A stretch of 64,000 bases of DNA from assembly GCA_963782525.1 (NCBI GenBank), contig CAWAKC010000009.1, positions 32,001 through 96,000 of the forward strand, given 5' to 3'. This stretch comes from Candidatus Bathyarchaeota archaeon (GTDB taxonomy: Archaea > Thermoproteota > Bathyarchaeia > Bathyarchaeales > Bathycorpusculaceae). How positions within the stretch are numbered: the first letter of the stretch is position 1; every line of letters begins with the position of its first letter. The notes beneath the pieces are model-generated. The model was not told the DNA's origin, made no database searches, and worked only from the letters and a program-made list of their open reading frames with translations. Shown in pieces: positions 57,921-64,000 of the stretch. Position numbers and translations under genes: made by a program.

Positions 57921-58085
57921 CTAGACACGTCTGAAAACGACAAGCCTGTTCTCAAAGGCAGTCACCATATCATCTAAAAGGGCATCTTGCAGCTCATCTG
58001 AAAGCCCTTTTGTATCTTCATGAAAAATGGAAGCCATTTTTGCTGTTAATTCTTTTCTGTTCTTTGTTTTCAACGATTGGGTCAA
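57921..58085 (-). CDS. 54-aa helical hypothetical protein, not in the ORF track
   Basis: TTG after GAGGA: MTQSLKTKNRKELTAKMASIFHEDTKGLSDELQDALLDDMVTAFENRLVVFRRV*. Confidence 0.5.
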   Translation of the reverse strand: MTQSLKTKNRKELTAKMASIFHEDTKGLSDELQDALLDDMVTAFENRLVVFRRV

Positions 58086-58534
58086 GATGCTTTCCTCAAA
58101 GGAATTAACTGGATTTTGTACCTTAACTATATTATGAAATCAGGATCAATATTCTTAATAAAAAATTGTCAATTGACTTTCAAACTTGACCTTGCAATAA
58201 TAATATGCGGCTCCCCTTACTACATTCATCAGGGAGTCTAACCAACAACCAGCTCCCCTCCTCTATGTAAAGATGGTCTTTTTGGTATTTGCTGTAGCTC
58301 TGTTGTACAGGTCCCTTACAACCAAAAAGTTAGTTAAAATAATGAATTTTAATAAATATTTTACATATCGACAAGTTCACGTGTTCGACAGGTGAGTTTC
58401 AATGAGGGTTTTGATATGCTTGCGTTATGTGCGAGGCTTTATCTGGCAGGTTAGCCTTAGTAAGACTAAAGAAATGTGTCTTAGGAAGACATATCGTATA
58501 TCTGTACAACACACCAACAGGAGAAAAATAAAAA

Positions 58535-58903
58535 ATGAACAATAACTACCAAAAAGAAGTCCAAACAAAACTCACAAAAGGACTCTTAGACATGATCATA
58601 CTTCAATACTTAGACCAAGAATCAATGCACGGATATGAAGTTATAACAAAAATCCGCAAAGCCTTCGGCGTATACTTCGGACCCAGCACCATCTACCCCC
58701 TACTAGGACAACTAGAGAAAAAAGGCTACGTAAAAAGCTCCTGGAACATGGACTCTGAAAGGCCCCGAAAAATGTACAATCTCACTAGCGAAGGAAAGAG
58801 TGTTTTGAACTACAGCGAAAACTCACTTAACTTCATTTGCAAAAATCTAGCACCAGAAAATAATAGCCACATCCAAGGTATCCACCTAATCGCAACGACT
58901 TAA
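58535..58903 (+). CDS. PadR-family transcriptional regulator
   Basis: MHGYEV, GPSTIYPLL..LEKKG, RK.Y.LT.EG. Confidence 0.9.
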   Translation: MNNNYQKEVQTKLTKGLLDMIILQYLDQESMHGYEVITKIRKAFGVYFGPSTIYPLLGQLEKKGYVKSSWNMDSERPRKMYNLTSEGKSVLNYSENSLNFICKNLAPENNSHIQGIHLIATT

Positions 58904-59104
58904 ACATATAACAGCAAAACTTCGCTCTTGCGGAATAGCCTCGAGCAGCCCCCAGTGCCTTTCTTCAATACTGAGTTTCTAAAAAAATGAAAAACCTAGC
59001 AATTTTTCACTAATTTCTTTTCGTCACAATCTTGCAAACTAACATCCAAAAAAAGCTGTAAGTAACTATTTTGATTTGCCTATGTAACCCTCTATTATAT
59101 TAAC

Positions 59105-59646
59105 TCAGGTATAGCCTATTTGATGAGAAAACAATGTTTTAAAAATCGTCGAAAGATCTAGCATTGTGCCAGTATACGTGATTATTTGGTTTCCTTTAAG
59201 AGCTTCAGCTTGGAAAAGTTCTCAGATACCTTAATGCTGAAAGTCAACATTTTGGGCTTGCTTTGCCAGAACTTGAAAATGTCCCCATTGATTGTAACAA
59301 AGAGTCATGGAAAGCCCGCTTTGAGCAGTTAATTGTGAAGGACTCAAGGATTCCGCCCGCTTTGCCCCAGAGGACGATCCATCATTAGGCACCTTCGATA
59401 AATGGCCTGTTAAACCATCAATTTCTTTCTTAAGGACATTTATTTTTCGCCTACATTTTCCATTTTAACTTTTAATTCATCTGGGTATCCAATCTGTTCA
59501 GTAACTATTGCCAATGCATCAACGGATTTATCTAGAACTTGTTCATGTTCTTTTAAAATATTGATTATAAAATCTAAAGCCATAAACGGCTTATCTTTCG
59601 AACCAGAAGTCTCTACCATCTCTCTTCCCATTTCCAATCCAACCAC
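59105..59646 (-). pseudogene. Multiply frameshifted hypothetical protein
   Basis: ALDFIINILKEHE, then in shifted frames QWGHFQVLA.QAQ and FQAEALKGNQIITYTG. Confidence 0.55.
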
Positions 59647-59742
59647 CGTTTTTTAGTTCTTAAGACGTATTTCGACACTTGAAATACCTCACTTTGAAAA
59701 AGCATGATTATCTGAGCAGTCTATTAGCCGCAGACTATAAAC

Positions 59743-62319
59743 TCAGCCGAACACTTCATTTTTCTTGTATCTTCTCACTACAAACACAATTGAAGTGACT
59801 GCTACGGCAACTATGACAACTGCTACTCCGTAGATTACTTTTTGAGACAAAATTGACTGCGCATCTGCAGCTTCAGAAGACACGCCCGTAAACACGATTG
59901 ATACTTCATGATTGCTGAAATGAGTTGTGAACCAAACGTAGTAATTGTCGATGTCTTGAGAAAAGCCTTGATCCGAAGCAGGGACTCCATCAATGTAGAC
60001 CGTTGGTGTTGAACCAAAGGTTATCTCGCTTTTTGGTATTGTTAAGTTTCCTGAACCTACAGTTCCGCTCTCACCGGTGATGTTGAAAAGGATCGTAGTT
60101 GTAGATGCGGACTTGTTTCGGATGATTTTTGCGTTTGTTATCTGTTGACTAGTTATATTTCCACTCAACGATAGGCTAGTTGTGTCTCCGTTGTCAGCTG
60201 TCGCTTTAACCGTTGTTGTTGAAAGCGCCGCTGGAGTTGGTGTAAGGATTGGACTTGGAGTTGATGAAGGCGTTGAAGGGGAGTCAATTGCGAACACCGC
60301 CGAAATAGTAGTTGTCCCCTGAATATTTTCGACAGTATATGAACTGACAGCGCCAACAGAGTGCCCATTAACAAGAACGTCAACTATGTGGCACTCAGTT
60401 GACGGCGATATCGTAAAGGTTTGCTTGCCATTGAAACTTACATTGATAGTTCCCGGACTAATTGTGCCGTTGTCAGATTGGGTAACCAGAATTTTATAGG
60501 TATTAATTGCAAATAGGGCAGTTAATGAACTAGACGCGTTCACTGGGTTAAACTGGTAAGATTGGCCAGAAGCAGAGGTAACAGCAACCGTAGCATTACT
60601 TGCAGAAATATTCGCTATGTGATAACCTGTATTCGGTGTAATTGTGAATACAGGTGTATCACCATAGTTAACGAGACTTGTTTCAGGAGCGATCACTCCA
60701 TTGGCTGATTGAGTTACAGTTAGATTATACGTGTTAATCGCGAAGGTTGCATCGATAGTATGGGTTTTGGAGACGTTGTTGAAGGTATAAGTGGAGATAA
60801 CTCCTTGAGAAACATTATCAACTGTTACATCTAAAATGTGATAACCAGTGTTGACCGTTATATTGAAGCGTTGACTCCCGCCTAAGATAACAGATGAATT
60901 TCCGTTCGGAGTGATTGAACCATTAACTCCGGCACTTGAAGAAATTGTATAGTTATCAATAAGATAAGTGGCTAACGTTGCCTGTCCAGTAGTGTAACCG
61001 GATGCTTGGGCAGTAATTGACGTGTTACCAGGCATGTATGTCGAGGTCAAATTACCTGTAGCTTGTGTCTTCCCAAAGGGAATTGTAAGCAAAGAACTCA
61101 CTATCCCCACATTGGGCTGTGGAGAGTAGAGTTTAACGCTGACATCAGTTGTGGTTGCTTTTGCTGGACGACCTTGCACATCCTGCAATTGAACTTGAAT
61201 AGTTTGGTAGTTTTTACCATCAGAGGGCAAACCAGGCGGGATACAGTAAACGGTTAATTTAGAAGGAATAAAACCAAAAGTGCTTAGGGATTGGTTAGTT
61301 AACGGGAAATCGTTGGCCACTGCAGTTATATTCGCTAAGCCTGCCTTGAAAGTTGTATTAACCGTAGCTACTGAGAATGTCTGACCTTGTGGGATAATGA
61401 TTTGGTCTACTCTACATATGCTTGAATCGTTAGAAGCCAAATTAACCAATATGTCTGCTGATCGCTTTTCCGCGGCGTATCCCAAGGCGTTTTCTAATTG
61501 AACCGCAATTTGGCTATAGGAGCTATTGTCAGCAGGAATCTTGGGTGGCCCTACAAAAATTCTTAGTTTAGTAGCGATCGAAGCTATTGGAGTTGTTGTA
61601 ATTGTAAATTGATTGGGAGTATATCCCTGGGATATAGCTGTGATGTTAGCTGCCTCCATTTTTGCTTCGTTTTGCGCTTTAGTAGATGTTGTAAAATTTG
61701 CTATTGCATAAGTTTGACCTTCAAAAATCGTTACAACAGGCGTCACCGTCCCTACAGTTGTATCAGAGCACGACAATGAAACCTGAACGCCTCCTTGAGG
61801 GGCTCTGGCAGGACAACTACTTGAATCTTGAAGTTGAACCATTACTGCGGAATAAGTGTTGCCATCAGATGGGAGAGTTGAAGGGAACCCGAATACTGAT
61901 ACAGCGGAAGGTATTGGTCCAACAGTGGTTATAGACGTAATTACCGTCGAGTAACCAGTTGCCGAAGCCGATATTGTTGTGTTTCCCGGGTTGAAGGTGG
62001 AAGAAAAGGCTGCGACTGCAAAAGTATCTCCTTTAAGTATGGTGATCGAAGAATCTACGGTGCCAATATACATAAGAGACGAAGAAAGCCCGATTGCTAT
62101 ATCTTGCAGCGCTTTTACCGGTTTTCCGACACAATCTTGTAATTGAACATAAATACAATTATAAGTGCTATTATCCGCCAAAACATTTGGAGAGCTTGTG
62201 AAAACACCAAGTTTTGCATGGTTATCTATCGTTGCGCTAGAAACATTTTGGTTGTCTACAGAAAACGCTAACGAGAAAATAATAATAGTGAGTACTAGGG
62301 CGGTTATTTTTTTTAGCGT
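59743..62319 (-). CDS. Ig-like repeat cell-surface protein (invasin-like plus InlB-B/Flg_new-like repeats, PT linker, C-terminal TM); apparent ACG start
   Basis: Four VQLQD..G.P repeats, three NG.I.P..GY.I..V.V repeats, HFS motif, TM plus RRYKK; frame extends 46 codons upstream of 62181 through a signal peptide. Confidence 0.8.
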   Translation of the reverse strand, partial: TLKKITALVLTIIIFSLAFSVDNQNVSSATIDNHAKLGVFTSSPNVLADNSTYNCIYVQLQDCVGKPVKALQDIAIGLSSSLMYIGTVDSSITILKGDTFAVAAFSSTFNPGNTTISASATGYSTVITSITTVGPIPSAVSVFGFPSTLPSDGNTYSAVMVQLQDSSSCPARAPQGGVQVSLSCSDTTVGTVTPVVTIFEGQTYAIANFTTSTKAQNEAKMEAANITAISQGYTPNQFTITTTPIASIATKLRIFVGPPKIPADNSSYSQIAVQLENALGYAAEKRSADILVNLASNDSSICRVDQIIIPQGQTFSVATVNTTFKAGLANITAVANDFPLTNQSLSTFGFIPSKLTVYCIPPGLPSDGKNYQTIQVQLQDVQGRPAKATTTDVSVKLYSPQPNVGIVSSLLTIPFGKTQATGNLTSTYMPGNTSITAQASGYTTGQATLATYLIDNYTISSSAGVNGSITPNGNSSVILGGSQRFNITVNTGYHILDVTVDNVSQGVISTYTFNNVSKTHTIDATFAINTYNLTVTQSANGVIAPETSLVNYGDTPVFTITPNTGYHIANISASNATVAVTSASGQSYQFNPVNASSSLTALFAINTYKILVTQSDNGTISPGTINVSFNGKQTFTISPSTECHIVDVLVNGHSVGAVSSYTVENIQGTTTISAVFAIDSPSTPSSTPSPILTPTPAALSTTTVKATADNGDTTSLSLSGNITSQQITNAKIIRNKSASTTTILFNITGESGTVGSGNLTIPKSEITFGSTPTVYIDGVPASDQGFSQDIDNYYVWFTTHFSNHEVSIVFTGVSSEAADAQSILSQKVIYGVAVVIVAVAVTSIVFVVRRYKKNEVFG

Positions 62320-62872
62320 TTTCTCTACCTCATTTTATTATTGTTTCTAATGGGTCCTTAGCTGGCTAAAGTGGACCACAACTCTGAAACGATATAGGCA
62401 GAATAAATCGAAGGTTACGTTTACCCTACCGAATAACCACAATTAAATTAAAATTATTCATAAGGCTTCCGTAGCTGTAATTCTTACTTAAAATCATTAA
62501 ACCCAAACTCTACGGAAATATTTCCAAAGTCAACTTAATGAACAAAATATCGCACACTGAGAGTGCCACATGAAACATATTCTCATTTAATTATTGTATG
62601 TCATAAATTGTATTCACTAAGCTATTTTACGAATACCCAACTTATCATTTAATCGTCAAGACAGAAGCCGTGCCTGAAGTTGGGAAAACAGGTTTGGCGA
62701 ATGATGCTTAACATTATCTCAGAGCTCCCCCGATGAGATGGGTTAACCTTAATTCGCCAAACTTCCCTAACAATCAAACATATTACGACAACTTTCCATC
62801 CAGCAAAGACGAAACCGAACTTCAAACAAACTAAACATCAAATTTAAACAACACTCAAACAAAATTTTTTGT

Positions 62873-64000
62873 TTATTTCGTGATTTTTGACACTCCATGG
62901 CTAGTTTTGTCCCAGTAGAAGGGGTTCCTTATTAGTTGAATTAGTCCCCGCCAGCTTGCTATACTATGGAGCACCCAGTATAGTGGCATAAGTAAAGCAT
63001 ACGGAGTGTATCGATATTTTTTCAACTTTAGACATGCTACAACGTAAATAGATAAGTAGGAAATATTACCGGCGATTAGGTTACAAACGCAGATAAATTG
63101 CAGATAACCCGGATTAAGCCAACTTAAATTTATGGGCAATAGAAAACTTGCGGCAGTAAGTAACCATAAAATTGGGTTTACAAGCGGAATAAAGATTGAT
63201 GTTCCGAAAGTAAGCTGGAATTTGAAGAATTTGTCTGCGCCCAAATCCTTGAAGAGTTTAAGCGGATGTCGCATATGAACAAGGTATGTTTGGAGATGCC
63301 CTTTATACCAGCGAGTCCTTTGTCGAATCCAACTTTTCGTTGATATAGGAGCCTCCTCATAGGTGTGGGAATCTATCAGTTCAGTTTTCTGTTTCTGACG
63401 CGCCAATCTGACACCCAGATCAGCATCTTCAGTAACATTATACGGGTCCCAACGACCAAGCTCATCGAGACCTTTTCTTCTAAAATGATTACTTGTACCA
63501 CCCAATGGAATAGGGGCCTCTATCCAATCAAGCCCTTGCAGATAAAATTCATACCAATTAGCGTATTCAATCGAAAACCACTTCGTTAACGTTTTTTCAT
63601 CTGCATTATAGAAGTTAAGTTTGGACTGCAAGCAGACCACATCCTCACTAGAGCGCAGAAAAATGTTAGCAGCTTTCCTTAGCTGATCAGCATCAGGTTT
63701 ATCTTCAGCGTCATATATAACAACGAATTCGCCCCTTGCCCGCAGTAATCCATAGTTACAAGCACGGGGTTTAGTAGTCACTTTTGCCGAAGGAATCACC
63801 ACTGGATCAAAAAGGTTCAAAAACTCAGCATATTTTTTGCGTGGAATACATTCAACCATTTTCTTAGGAGAACCAAACAACCCAAGAAGCTTGGCTTCGT
63901 GGATAGTTTCCTTATCGCTCTCTTCTAGGAGAATTTTGATGTCAAGCTTACTCTTCGGATAATTGAGACTATACATATTTTCCAGAATCTGTGACAAGAT
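62873..64000 (-). CDS. Processive GT2 (cellulose-synthase-like) membrane glycosyltransferase, 5' part outside the window
   Basis: TKPRACN, YDAED, GGTSNHF, WDPYNVTEDADLG, QRTRW (QxxRW). Confidence 0.9.
   Translation of the reverse strand: MLSQILENMYSLNYPKSKLDIKILLEESDKETIHEAKLLGLFGSPKKMVECIPRKKYAEFLNLFDPVVIPSAKVTTKPRACNYGLLRARGEFVVIYDAEDKPDADQLRKAANIFLRSSEDVVCLQSKLNFYNADEKTLTKWFSIEYANWYEFYLQGLDWIEAPIPLGGTSNHFRRKGLDELGRWDPYNVTEDADLGVRLARQKQKTELIDSHTYEEAPISTKSWIRQRTRWYKGHLQTYLVHMRHPLKLFKDLGADKFFKFQLTFGTSIFIPLVNPILWLLTAASFLLPINLSWLNPGYLQFICVCNLIAGNISYLSIYVVACLKLKKYRYTPYALLMPLYWVLHSIASWRGLIQLIRNPFYWDKTSHGVSKITK

Noticed and set aside
884-63589. Numerous 60-180 aa ORFs antisense to or nested in long genes
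   Set aside because: They are shadow ORFs of well-supported genes and show no independent motifs.

Overview
This is archaeal DNA, most likely Candidatus Bathyarchaeia; the taxon is inferred from the gene families, not proven. No rRNA, tRNA, CRISPR array, integrase or intact transposase was seen. The window has four parts. (1) 0.5-19 kb is a mostly leftward-transcribed surface-glycan/lipid-modification locus. It carries GT2/GT4 glycosyltransferases, a UGM-like flavoprotein, two beta-helix proteins and DUF1616 proteins, plus an unusual set of UbiA prenyltransferase, AttH/CrtC-like protein, geranylgeranyl reductase and ATP-grasp ligase. (2) About 21.3-38.6 kb is an integrase-less, plasmid/satellite-like island bracketed by two diverged copies of a ~3.1-kb segment. 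It holds a Prim-Pol/PriL-like/SF3-helicase replication gene with an internal iteron-type origin candidate and several deleted relics of the same module. It also holds three intact 92-aa tandem-AbrB genes and many toxin-antitoxin modules, separated by about eight copies of a G/T-rich ~130-150 bp repeat, giving a cassette-array-like layout. (3) 44-54 kb holds three large membrane-anchored PQQ-like beta-propeller paralogs and a TrmB regulator; the TrmB gene and the third paralog are bracketed by a 72-bp perfect direct repeat. (4) 54-64 kb holds small regulators, a methyltransferase, an Ig-repeat surface protein with an apparent ACG start, and a partial processive GT2. Many genes have premature stops, frameshifts or lost start codons. 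All alignments were made by eye.
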